From an uncultured Gammaproteobacteria bacterium (GTDB lineage Bacteria; Patescibacteriota; Microgenomatia; Woykebacterales; RBG-16-39-9b), in assembly GCA_964360785.1 (NCBI GenBank), contig CAYHXX010000005.1:1-54497 (forward strand): a stretch of DNA of 54,497 bases, given 5' to 3'. Positions 16,294 to 25,923 of this stretch are shown in pieces (the first letter of the stretch is position 1; every line of letters begins with the position of its first letter). Made by a program: the position numbers and the translations under genes. Below the pieces are notes generated by a model. It ran no database searches, was not told the origin of the DNA, and saw nothing but the letters and a program-made list of their open reading frames with translations.

Positions 16294-16869
16294 ATGAAAG
16301 AAATTGAAGCAAAATTCCTGGAAATAAACTTCGAGGATATCCAAAAAAAGCTAAAGAAACTTGGAGTGAAGAAAGTTTTCGACAAAACTTTCCGAGAGGC
16401 TATTTATCTACCCCCAAAACCCAGTAAGAAGTATGATGAGTGGTTAAAACAAAGAAAGAGAGTCAGAATTCGTGATACTGGAGAAGAGGTTTTACTTGCA
16501 TTAAAAGTAAATAAGAAATGGGGACTTTCCGAAACAGAAGAAGTTGAAGTAAACGTTTCCTCCTTTGAAGAAACAGAAAAGTTTTTAAAGTTGCTCGAAT
16601 TGGAACCACTCCGATATCAAGAAAAACGTAGGATAAGTTACAAAGCCGACAGTGCTCATATTGAAATAGATTTTTGGCCTTGGGTACCTGCTTGGCTTGA
16701 AATCGAAGCAGAAAGCGAGAAAAAAGTGAAAGAATGGGCAAAAAAACTTGATTTGGATTGGGGTAAAGCTGAATTTCGAGATGCTGCGGCTGTCTACGAA
16801 GAAGTTTATAAGGTAGATATTTTTAATATTGGCAAGGTTGCGTTTGATCTTCCTGACCCAAGAAAATAA
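16294..16869 (+). CDS. CYTH domain protein (class IV adenylate cyclase / triphosphatase family)
   Basis: ATG 16294 (MKEIEAKFLEI) gives the CYTH ExExK start. Later RIRD, LALKV and EIE motifs follow. The listed 16255 start overlaps the tRNA terminator hairpin. Confidence 0.75.
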   Translation: MKEIEAKFLEINFEDIQKKLKKLGVKKVFDKTFREAIYLPPKPSKKYDEWLKQRKRVRIRDTGEEVLLALKVNKKWGLSETEEVEVNVSSFEETEKFLKLLELEPLRYQEKRRISYKADSAHIEIDFWPWVPAWLEIEAESEKKVKEWAKKLDLDWGKAEFRDAAAVYEEVYKVDIFNIGKVAFDLPDPRK

Positions 16870-17195
16870 TGGACAAAATTTCCTTTGAAGATTTTCAGAA
16901 AATTGAATTAAGAATCGGTAAGATAACTTCTGCTGAGAAGGTGGAAAAATCCGACAAGCTTTTGAAACTTGAGGTTGATTTTGGAGAAGAGAAGAGACAA
17001 GTTATCTCTGGTATTGCCAAAGAGTATTCACCAGAAGATTTAATTGGAAAAAGTTTTGTTTTTGTTACTAACCTAGAACCAAGATCAATCATGGGACAGG
17101 AGAGCCAAGCCATGATCATAGCAGCTGATGTTGAAGGTAAAGCAGTTTTGATTGAGCCAGTCAAAGAAACTCCTGCTGGGACAAAACTGCGTTAG
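16869..17195 (+). CDS. tRNA-binding domain protein (CsaA/Trbp111-like)
   Basis: 108 aa. FQKIELRIGKITSAEKVEKSDKLLKLEVDFGEEKRQVISGIAKEY is the OB-fold tRNA-binding domain pattern. Confidence 0.8.
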   Translation: MDKISFEDFQKIELRIGKITSAEKVEKSDKLLKLEVDFGEEKRQVISGIAKEYSPEDLIGKSFVFVTNLEPRSIMGQESQAMIIAADVEGKAVLIEPVKETPAGTKLR

Positions 17196-17611
17196 CAAGT
17201 TAGCTCTGTTGTTTGTCGGTCACTATCTAGCTTGAATCCGCCGTTCGTAGCCCTAACCACAACTGTATCGCTGTCACAGCGTTGGTAGGTGAAATCACTT
17301 AAATCCATTTCAACCAAAGTCCCACTATTTACTAATTCTTGCAAATCAATTGGGTAATAACCATATTCAGCAAAGTAGATCGCCAAACTAGTTTGGATGT
17401 TTTTGAGATCAACCTGAGTTTTGACATTAGTCGCAATGCTGGTTGGGTTAGAAGTCTCCTGCAGATTAGCCCCACTTTTGTTAGCAGTGGTTGTGGTCGA
17501 ACGAATCGAATTGGTATAAAAAGTGAAACTAACAGTAATCAAAATTACGAAAAGCAGAGAGGAAATTAATATTGAGACAGCAAAAGCTTTCACATTTAGA
17601 TCATAGGACAA
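17192..17611 (-). CDS. Hypothetical membrane-anchored protein, possibly pilin-like
   Basis: N-terminal TM helix, then LAIYFAEYGYYP resembling the pseudopilin core. There is no canonical G|FT(L/I)xE motif. The start is uncertain (TTG 17611 or a downstream GTG). Confidence 0.4.
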   Translation of the reverse strand: MSYDLNVKAFAVSILISSLLFVILITVSFTFYTNSIRSTTTTANKSGANLQETSNPTSIATNVKTQVDLKNIQTSLAIYFAEYGYYPIDLQELVNSGTLVEMDLSDFTYQRCDSDTVVVRATNGGFKLDSDRQTTELTC

Positions 17612-17621
17612 AAAAGCTCAA

Positions 17622-17650
17622 TTGACAAAATTTAATTAATTAGATATAGT
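17622..17650 (+). promoter_or_regulatory. Sigma70-type promoter upstream of GC island B
   Basis: TTGACA (17622-17627), 17-nt spacer, TATAGT (17645-17650). A 12-nt perfect palindrome CCAACTAGTTGG lies at 17695-17706. A second weaker candidate is TTTAAG-N17-TATAAA at about 17719-17747. Confidence 0.5.
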
Positions 17651-17774
17651 CGAGTCAATGATTCTTAACTTGAACCATTATTGGCACCGAAACACCAACT
17701 AGTTGGCGGTTTTGTCGTGTCTTGGTTTAAGTTCATTTTTCCCTACCATATAAAACAACAAAGTCATAACAAAG

Positions 17775-18157
17775 CTCGCTGACCGGGGCGTTGCTTTGCG
17801 ACGGGAATTTCCCGTTAGTACGCGAAGAAAGGAGCCGTGATGGAAAAGTCCTGGAACTACTCGCACGGCTAAACCGACGTAGCTAGGTGGTGGGTGAAGT
17901 TCAGCCGGTAGGATTTCACCCACCAGCCCAAAAGGAGATGACAATGTGTGACTGTATTGGTCCACGTTTTGATCCGTAGGTAACAGGGATGCTAGCTCCC
18001 TTACAGCCTAAATCTATAGGGAAGGAGGGGTCACATGAGCCACGTTTACGACGCGCGCTACGACAGCTACAGCTGGGACTAAGCTGACGGCTGGGTGAGG
18101 TTTCGTACGGGCGACTTGCATTCCAAGCGAGGTTCGCTTGTCGCCCGTACGGACCTC
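17775..18157 (+). ncRNA. GC-rich structured transcript of unknown class (island B), with embedded mini-ORFs
   Basis: No ORF of 60 aa or more on the + strand. Stable hairpins: ACGGGAATTTCCCGT; AGCCGTG..CACGGCT; GGTGGGTGAA..TTCACCCACC (10 bp); GTAACAGGGA..TCCCTTAC. The terminal hairpin is GAGGTTTCGTACGGGCGAC..GTCGCCCGTACGGACCTC (18097-18157). It lies between its own promoter and the separate trpS promoter (TTGTAG-N17-TATACT). Confidence 0.4.
18035..18082 (+). CDS. Candidate 15-codon mini-ORF (MSHVYDARYDSYSWD) inside island B
   Basis: ATG lies 5 nt after GGAAGGAGGGG. 13 of 15 sense codons end in G/C, like the other island ORFs. The stop lies 15 nt before the terminal hairpin. A second mini-ORF, MEKSWNYSHG (17840-17872), also follows AAAGGAG. 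Confidence 0.3.
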   Translation: MSHVYDARYDSYSWD

Positions 18158-18242
18158 ATTCTAACACCGTGCTGTTTGGATGAACAAACTTTGTTATACT
18201 TGTAGTCGATTACACGTCTTCGTATACTTTTAGATAATCACT

Positions 18243-19232
18243 ATGGACAAGAAAAGAATTTTAACAGGGGATCGACCGACAGGAAGACTTCATTTGGGCC
18301 ACTATGTTGGCTCATTAAAAAACCGTGTTGAGCTTCAAGACGAATATGAAGTTTTTATCCTTGTGGCGGACTTACATTCCTTGACCACGAAAAGCGATAC
18401 CAAAGACCTAAAAGAAAACGTCAGGAATCTTGTTTTGGATCAACTGGCGGTTGGAATTGACCCTGAGAAAGTAACTTTTTGTCTGCAATCGGCAATTCCG
18501 GAAGATTCTGAGCTAGCCATTATGCTTTCTATGTTAATCTCAAAATCACGTTTGGAAAGAGTGCCGACATTGAAAGATATCCTGCGGGACTTGAAGATAG
18601 AAAACCCTTCAATCGGACTTGTTTTTTACCCAGTACTGATGGCGGCTGATATTCTGATGGTTCGAGCAAATGTCGTGCCAGTTGGTAAAGATCAGACTAG
18701 TCATGTAGAGGTTACCCGTGAAATTGCAGAAAAGTTTAACAGCACCTATGGAGAAGTCTTACCAATTCCCGAAGCGTTGATTCCTGAAGACCTAGGTACT
18801 TTGCCGGGAATTGATGGCAAAGCGAAAATGAGTAAATCACTTGATAATGCAATTTACCTTTCTGATTCGGAAGAACAAGTTAGAGAAAAGGTAATGAAAA
18901 TGTACACTGACCCAAAACGCATTAAGAGCACAGATCCTGGCAAAGTGGAAGGCAACCCAGTTTTTATCTATCACGATGCCTTTAACGAAGACAAAGAGAA
19001 AGTTAATAATCTCAAGAAACGCTACCGTGAAGGTAAAGTAGGCGATGTGGAAGTCAAACAAGAACTTGTTTTCGCAATTAATAAATTTCTCGCTCCAATT
19101 CGAACCAGAAGAGAAGAGTTTTCTAAGGAAGAAGAGCTGGTTGAAAGAATCCTCGCCGAAGGTACTCTTAAAACTCGTTCTGAGGCTCAAGAGACACTCA
19201 AATTAGTTAAAAAAGCAATGAACCTGTCCTAG
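18243..19232 (+). CDS. trpS: Tryptophan--tRNA ligase
   Basis: 329 aa with TGDRPTGRLHLGHYVG (HIGH), KMSKS (as AKMSKSL) and overall class Ic architecture. Confidence 0.92.
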   Translation: MDKKRILTGDRPTGRLHLGHYVGSLKNRVELQDEYEVFILVADLHSLTTKSDTKDLKENVRNLVLDQLAVGIDPEKVTFCLQSAIPEDSELAIMLSMLISKSRLERVPTLKDILRDLKIENPSIGLVFYPVLMAADILMVRANVVPVGKDQTSHVEVTREIAEKFNSTYGEVLPIPEALIPEDLGTLPGIDGKAKMSKSLDNAIYLSDSEEQVREKVMKMYTDPKRIKSTDPGKVEGNPVFIYHDAFNEDKEKVNNLKKRYREGKVGDVEVKQELVFAINKFLAPIRTRREEFSKEEELVERILAEGTLKTRSEAQETLKLVKKAMNLS

Positions 19233-19392
19233 CCTTGCCGGGGCTTTTCTTGCGTGATATACTTGCCTTCGTTCAACTTATCTAAATTAATCTGCCCACA
19301 AATAGTTATGTTTTTTATATCGACCAAGTGGTAGTTTTTGAAAAACCATAATTTATTAAAATTACGGTCGATATTTTGTCTAGGAAGCCAGA

Positions 19393-21288
<1,896 letters not shown>

Positions 21289-21300
21289 AATCCATACCAG

Positions 21301-23442
21301 ATGAGTAAATTAGTTCTAGTCGACGGTCATGCCCTCTTTCACAGAGCATTCCATGCTATGCCGCCATTAACCACCTCAAAAGGTGAGTTAGTTAACGCTG
21401 TTTTTGGTTTCACCAGCATGCTTTTGCGAGTACTAGCTGATATCAAACCAGAATACGCCATCGTCGCTTTCGATACCAAGGCTCCGACTTTTCGCCATAC
21501 AGAGTACACTGCCTACAAAGCCCATCGCATCGCCGCTCCAGAGGAAATGCATCAACAACTGCCTCGAATCAAAGAGGTTGTGAACAGTCTCAACATTCCT
21601 ATTTTCACTCTCGAAGGCTACGAGGCTGATGACGTCATTGGCACATTAGCTTCGCAAGCAGTTGATCTCGAGGTGGATATTGTCACAGGCGATCGCGACG
21701 CTCTGCAACTAGTTAATACTCATATCAAAACCTACATGCCTGGGAAGAGTCTCAGCGACATTATTATTTATGATGGAAAAAAGTTCGAGGAAAAGTATGG
21801 GTTTAAACCCAAACAACTGATCGACTACAAAGCGTTGGTTGGCGATCCCAGTGACAATATTCCCGGAGTGATGGGGATTGGGGAAGTATCAGCGACAAAA
21901 TTGATTCAGGAATATGGTAGTGTCGAGGAAATTTACAAAAACTTAGACAAAATTCCAGAAAAAGTGAGTAAAAAGCTGGCCGAAGGGGCAGAAAGCGCGG
22001 CCATGAGCAAGCGACTGGCGACGATTGATACCCAAGCACCGATCCAACTTGATCTAAATAAGTGTGTCTTATCTGATTATGATCACCAAAAAGCGATAAG
22101 TCTTTTTGAAGAACTTGAATTCAAAAGCTTGATACCTAGGTTGCCCGGTGTAAAGCTAACGACCAAAAAACAAATCGTTTCTGAAGATCAGGGAGAACTG
22201 TTTGGTAGCAACGAACAAATTGAACCTGTTAAACAGGAAACCACTGATCTCGATAAAGTTCTGCGGGAAATGGAAGATTACGGAGCCTTGGTTGACAAAG
22301 ATTATTTAGAGAAACTTGCTAGCGAGATCAATTCTGAGATTGAACAACTCGAAAAGGAAATTTATAAAAGCGTTGGCCATGAGTTCAACCTCAATTCACC
22401 GAAACAACTTTCAGGTGTACTTTTTGGAGAACTAGGTTTAACCCCTTTCAAGAAGGGAAAGGAACACGCTAGTACCGGGGAAGAAACTTTAACTGAGTTA
22501 CTTGGGGTCCATCCAGTGATTGAGTTGCTTCTCAAATACCGCGAACTTTTCAAACTCAAGTCTACCTATGTTGACGCCCTGCCACCACTTTTGGATAAAA
22601 ATAATCGAGTGCACACCAGCTATCATACCGATGCCACCAAAACTGGAAGACTATCTTCAACCAACCCCAATTTACAAAACATTCCGGTAAAAGGAGAATG
22701 GGGAGTAAAAGTCAGAGATGCGTTTATCGCACCAGAAGGTTCAAAACTTATTTCTGCAGATTACAATCAGATTGAACTGCGAGTAATGGCGCATCTCTCG
22801 CAGGATAAAAATTTAGTCGAAATATTTAAAAAAGGTGAGGACATTCACACCCGCACCGCGGCCGAAATACTTGATAAGAAACCAGAAGACATCACCAAAG
22901 ACGATCGTCGGATCGCCAAAATGGTCAATTTCGGTATCATGTATGGTATTTCTCCCTTTGGGCTTTCACGGCAACTAAAGATTGATCGGGATACGGCTAA
23001 ACAAATCATCGATAAATATTTTGAAGAATTCTCTGGAGTCAAAATTTGGTTGGAAAAAACTTTGTCCGATGCTTATGCCAAAGGTTACGTTGAAACTCTT
23101 GGTGGGTTTCGTCGTTATTTGATTGAGCTTAAGCAAGGTAACTATCGTGTTCGGGCGGCCGGGGAACGCCAAGCGATCAATGCTCCGGTACAAGGAACAG
23201 CTGCGGATATCATCAAGGCGGCAATGATCCGGATCAGTAAGCAGCTAGCAGAGAGCAGTAAGCAGACAAAGATGATACTGCAAGTCCATGATGAACTGGT
23301 TTTTGAAGTACCAGATGCCGAGGTCGAGAAGGTCAAACCAATAATCAAAGATCTGATGGAAAATACCTTCAAACTCTCCGTCCCAGTAGAAGTCGAGATA
23401 AAGATAGGGCAGAACTGGGGACAAATGAAAACCCTCCGCTAA
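21301..23442 (+). CDS. polA: DNA polymerase I (5' nuclease plus polymerase domains; no 3'-5' exonuclease domain)
   Basis: 713 aa. The 5'-nuclease motifs (LVDGHALFHRAFHA, GYEADDVIG, GDRDALQL) are followed after a ~35-aa linker by polymerase motifs (NLNSPKQL, RVHTSYH..TGRLSS, DYNQIELRV, QVHDEL). Confidence 0.92.
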   Translation: MSKLVLVDGHALFHRAFHAMPPLTTSKGELVNAVFGFTSMLLRVLADIKPEYAIVAFDTKAPTFRHTEYTAYKAHRIAAPEEMHQQLPRIKEVVNSLNIPIFTLEGYEADDVIGTLASQAVDLEVDIVTGDRDALQLVNTHIKTYMPGKSLSDIIIYDGKKFEEKYGFKPKQLIDYKALVGDPSDNIPGVMGIGEVSATKLIQEYGSVEEIYKNLDKIPEKVSKKLAEGAESAAMSKRLATIDTQAPIQLDLNKCVLSDYDHQKAISLFEELEFKSLIPRLPGVKLTTKKQIVSEDQGELFGSNEQIEPVKQETTDLDKVLREMEDYGALVDKDYLEKLASEINSEIEQLEKEIYKSVGHEFNLNSPKQLSGVLFGELGLTPFKKGKEHASTGEETLTELLGVHPVIELLLKYRELFKLKSTYVDALPPLLDKNNRVHTSYHTDATKTGRLSSTNPNLQNIPVKGEWGVKVRDAFIAPEGSKLISADYNQIELRVMAHLSQDKNLVEIFKKGEDIHTRTAAEILDKKPEDITKDDRRIAKMVNFGIMYGISPFGLSRQLKIDRDTAKQIIDKYFEEFSGVKIWLEKTLSDAYAKGYVETLGGFRRYLIELKQGNYRVRAAGERQAINAPVQGTAADIIKAAMIRISKQLAESSKQTKMILQVHDELVFEVPDAEVEKVKPIIKDLMENTFKLSVPVEVEIKIGQNWGQMKTLR

Positions 23443-23566
23443 ATTTTTATAGGAATTGACAATTTGAACGGAGCGAAAATTGCGAAGCGCGTATTAACGA
23501 TTCAAGATTAACTATTTTCACAGTGAAAACTTGACCAAAGAAAACGCTTAAGAGGACCTATAGCGC

Positions 23567-23594
23567 TTGACTTTCAACCTATTTTTGATATAGT
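23567..23594 (+). promoter_or_regulatory. Promoter of cassette C, first unit
   Basis: TTGACT (23567-23572), 16-nt spacer, TGaTATAGT extended -10 (23586-23594). The block is homologous to 25444-25472. Confidence 0.55.
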
Positions 23595-23655
23595 TATCCC
23601 CAACAAAGTACTTCGGACTCTGTTCGAGGACTTATTTGCACACAGGGAGGATCGA

Positions 23656-23856
23656 ATGAGCGCTGTTAAGCGGCCGCCGCTGCCCAACATCGACCCCCAG
23701 TTCGGGGCTGTTCAGTGCGCCTGCTGCGAGGGTTTCTTCCTCGAAGAAGCAACTAGGCTCGACAGGTACGTGAACGCCAAGTACCGCTGTGAGTTCTGCC
23801 GCCCCTCTGGACACGATGGGTCGCTCTGCAAACTCATTGCGGCCGATAGAGCATGA
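23656..23856 (+). CDS. Small Cys-rich protein (66 aa), GC-rich, unknown function
   Basis: ATG lies 5 nt after AGGGAGG. The Cys pattern is C-x-CC ... C-x2-C ... C (possible zinc-ribbon-like; inference). It is bracketed by a promoter and a terminator in the same orientation. Confidence 0.55.
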   Translation: MSAVKRPPLPNIDPQFGAVQCACCEGFFLEEATRLDRYVNAKYRCEFCRPSGHDGSLCKLIAADRA

Positions 23857-23879
23857 CCTTGTTGAGCAACGTGTGCAAA

Positions 23880-23940
23880 GGGACAGGTCTGGAATGTTTC
23901 TCCGGAAACATATTCGGATCTGTCCCATTTGTGTTTTTCT
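23880..23940 (+). terminator. Intrinsic terminator after the Cys-rich ORF
   Basis: GGGACAG..(ATGTTTC-TCCG-GAAACAT)..CTGTCCC hairpin (23880-23926) followed by ATTTGTGTTTTTCTTTT. Confidence 0.65.
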
Positions 23941-23998
23941 TTTCAACAAAAAAGACCTACATTGCAACGCAATGCGAGACGCAAAGAGTCTTATAGTA

Positions 23999-24027
23999 TT
24001 GACAAATCTAACTCAGTAGTGTATACT
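23999..24027 (+). promoter_or_regulatory. Promoter of cassette C, second unit
   Basis: TTGACA (23999-24004), 17-nt spacer, TATACT (24022-24027). Confidence 0.55.
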
Positions 24028-24092
24028 AACCGATATAGTTCTGATCGAATGCTTTTTAAGACAACAAACCTTGTTGTTTTTAGGGGTGGATT

Positions 24093-24410
24093 CGATCGTT
24101 AGTAGACCCAGATCGGACCCAACCAGCGGTTGAGACGAGGTTCTCAGCTGAGATCGTGAGGTGTATATGCAAACACCTGTCTACACCGGAGTACTCCAGG
24201 TACTCGTCGGGTGAGAAAGCGATCATGGAACCATGGGCGCAGGGAAGCGAGTGACGTTCAGTGGTGAGGTTCTCAGCGGAAGCTGTTAAACTTTACCCCG
24301 CACCGTCACCACCCGAGGTCATAGACCGCCCAACCCTCGGGGAGTAAGTTAGTAGACTACCAAGTCGAACACCCTCCCCGAGTCTCCACAAGCTAAGGTT
24401 TAATAAAAAC
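24093..24410 (+). ncRNA. GC-rich ORF-free transcript of unknown class (cassette C payload 2)
   Basis: About 320 nt with no ORF of 60 aa or more in any frame, between a consensus promoter and a hairpin/T-run terminator. Helices: AGGTGT..ACACCT, CCGAGG..CCTCGG, CTCGGGGAG..CTCCCCGAG (9 bp). Internal direct repeats: GTTAGTAGAC (24098, 24348) and GAGGTTCTCAGC (24137, 24266). Confidence 0.45.
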
Positions 24411-24424
24411 GTTAATTTATGAAG

Positions 24425-24462
24425 GGAAGCGACTTTCGCAAGAAGGTCGTTTTTCTTTTTCT
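24425..24462. terminator. Terminator block shared by cassette C (+) and the convergent CAP gene (-)
   Basis: AAGCGAC..GTCGTTT hairpin followed by TTTTTCTTTTTCT. The block is homologous to 26054-26088. Confidence 0.5.
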
Positions 24463-24465
24463 AAA

Positions 24466-25335
24466 CTATCTCAAAAATTTGTTATTTCTGTAGAGTTGAA
24501 GAGTGATGAAGCCAAATATAGCCAAATTTAATAAAACAATTGTCGTTGCTGCAATTCCTTGAACTAAAGTTATATCTGCTTTCTTTTCTTCTTTCGGTTC
24601 TATTCTTTTTGTACTGATTGTAGCTGATTTGGTTGCAGGTTGAGGTTTGGTGTTGGGTGTTGCTTCAATAGTCGTCACAGGTGTTTCCACAACAGGAGCT
24701 GGTTGTACAGCCACGGCAGGTGTAGATTTTTTGGGTGTAGCTGGGGCTGGTGCCGAGGGTGTTGGTGGTGTAGTTGCTTGCCCACATTGATTGGTCATTG
24801 TTGAAGCTGTGCCGTTGGCAAAATCTGTCACCCAATACCATTTACCGTTGTAACTAGCTCGGCCAATACCTATTCGGGTGTAAATAGAATTGAGCATATT
24901 GGTATTGTGCCCAGACGAGTTTTTCCAAGCGTCAAACGCAAAGCTTGCACCAGAGCCTTGTGTCGTATAGAAAATATTTTCTGCTCGTGAACCACTGATT
25001 CCAAAATCGGTTAGTCTTTGTGACATACCTCGACCGAGAGAATCAACGTGATCACTCGGGAAATAATTTTTGGCACCCATGTCAGCGGCAAACCAACAAG
25101 CAGCGTTGGTTAAACTTTGATCCTCAACTAGTGTTCCAGCCCCATTTTGCTGTCGATAAGAATTGATCAAACTCAAAAAACCAGTCGTGTCAGCAGCAAC
25201 CGGCTTGGCAAAAGGTCCTAAAAATATGGCAGTTAGGGAGCAGGCAGCAAAGAGGTGAAAAGAAGTAAAAAATCGCTGCACAATAAACAGTATCCAATAA
25301 ACGAAAAAGTTAGTCAAACTAAAAAAAGACCTCAT
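24466..25335 (-). CDS. Secreted/membrane-anchored CAP (SCP/PR-1-like) domain protein
   Basis: ATG 25335 (MRSFFSL). CAP motifs LINSYRQQNGAG, AENIFY and SSGHNTNML. A Pro/Thr/Ala-rich linker and a C-terminal TM helix follow. Composition is host-like and AT-rich. Confidence 0.7.
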   Translation of the reverse strand: MRSFFSLTNFFVYWILFIVQRFFTSFHLFAACSLTAIFLGPFAKPVAADTTGFLSLINSYRQQNGAGTLVEDQSLTNAACWFAADMGAKNYFPSDHVDSLGRGMSQRLTDFGISGSRAENIFYTTQGSGASFAFDAWKNSSGHNTNMLNSIYTRIGIGRASYNGKWYWVTDFANGTASTMTNQCGQATTPPTPSAPAPATPKKSTPAVAVQPAPVVETPVTTIEATPNTKPQPATKSATISTKRIEPKEEKKADITLVQGIAATTIVLLNLAIFGFITLQLYRNNKFLR

Positions 25336-25443
25336 AGGAATTGACAATTGTCTTCAATTGCGAAATGCGTCGTTAATTTCTGTTTTACTTTTATAGCTTG
25401 AGGACTTACATAAGGATCAAACAGGTTATTTAACCCATAGCAT

Positions 25444-25472
25444 TTGACTTTTCAACCTAATTATGTTAATCT
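25444..25472 (+). promoter_or_regulatory. Promoter of cassette D
   Basis: TTGACT (25444-25449), 17-nt spacer, TGtTAATCT extended -10 (25464-25472). The block is homologous to 23567-23594. Confidence 0.5.
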
Positions 25473-25584
25473 ACTCGGAATTCCTACCTCATTCCGAGGC
25501 GCGACACCGTCAAGTGTTGCGAAACTTCTCAAGCCTGGCCCAACGCCAGACAACTTGAGTGGTTAAGGGAAACAGGAGGTCCAC

Positions 25585-25923
25585 GTGGACTTCACCACCG
25601 CTCTCGCCGCTCAGCTCATCTCTGTGCGCAACCTCAAGTATGAGGATGCAGCAGAGGCGTACGCGGTGGGTACCGGGAAGGTAGGGAACGCTGTCACCGT
25701 GGCGGTTCAGCACATGACCCCAGCTGAGCTGGGAATCATTGCCGCCGCACGCCAGCCCTCCCGCCCACCACGCTACGGGGAAACCAGTGTCGCGGTTCGG
25801 TCGCCTATGCGCCTGAACTCCGACGCATCTGGGCTCAATATCCTGTTGGACTTGGCTGAAGCAGCCTTGACCGACCGGATCATTGACCTCGTGGGCCTGA
25901 AGGAACCCATCGCTGTGTCGTAA
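25585..25923 (+). CDS. Hypothetical 112-aa protein, GC-rich, unknown function
   Basis: GTG lies 6 nt after AGGAGG. About 70 percent G/C at third codon positions by hand count. It has a ~110-nt structured leader and a ~100-nt 3' UTR closed by AGTGGTGAGGGATCG..CGATCACCCCTCACT. Confidence 0.55.
   Translation: MDFTTALAAQLISVRNLKYEDAAEAYAVGTGKVGNAVTVAVQHMTPAELGIIAAARQPSRPPRYGETSVAVRSPMRLNSDASGLNILLDLAEAALTDRIIDLVGLKEPIAVS

Noticed and set aside
17836-17880. RNase P RNA: GGAAAAGTCC and CACGGCTAA resemble the P4 strands GGAAAGTCCGGGC and CCGGCTTA
   Set aside because: The two strings are only ~20 nt apart, whereas in RNase P RNA they are separated by ~250-300 nt. The other universally conserved regions are not visible.
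17783-18165. tmRNA (ssrA): the segment GGGGCGTTGCTTTGCGACGGGA resembles the tmRNA 5' end (GGGG..GA..TTCGACGGG)
   Set aside because: No complementary 3' acceptor strand (ACGCCCC plus ACCA) exists downstream. There is no well-formed T arm with a GGTTCGAnTCC-type loop. No Ala-rich tag reading frame ends in ..LAA. The GACGGGAATTTCCCGT part is a simple local hairpin.
17775-18242. T-box riboswitch controlling trpS
   Set aside because: No T-box sequence of the GGGTGGTACCGCG type is present. No specifier loop with a GA/K-turn motif is recognisable. The terminal hairpin lacks a U-tract, and a separate consensus promoter for trpS lies downstream of it.
23632-23967. 111-aa minus-strand ORF antisense to the Cys-rich ORF; likewise 25510-25713 and 25773-25994 antisense in cassette D
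   Set aside because: They run through terminator hairpins and promoter regions and lack an RBS. They oppose the promoter/terminator polarity of the cassettes. The sense ORFs have consensus SD sequences at ideal spacing.
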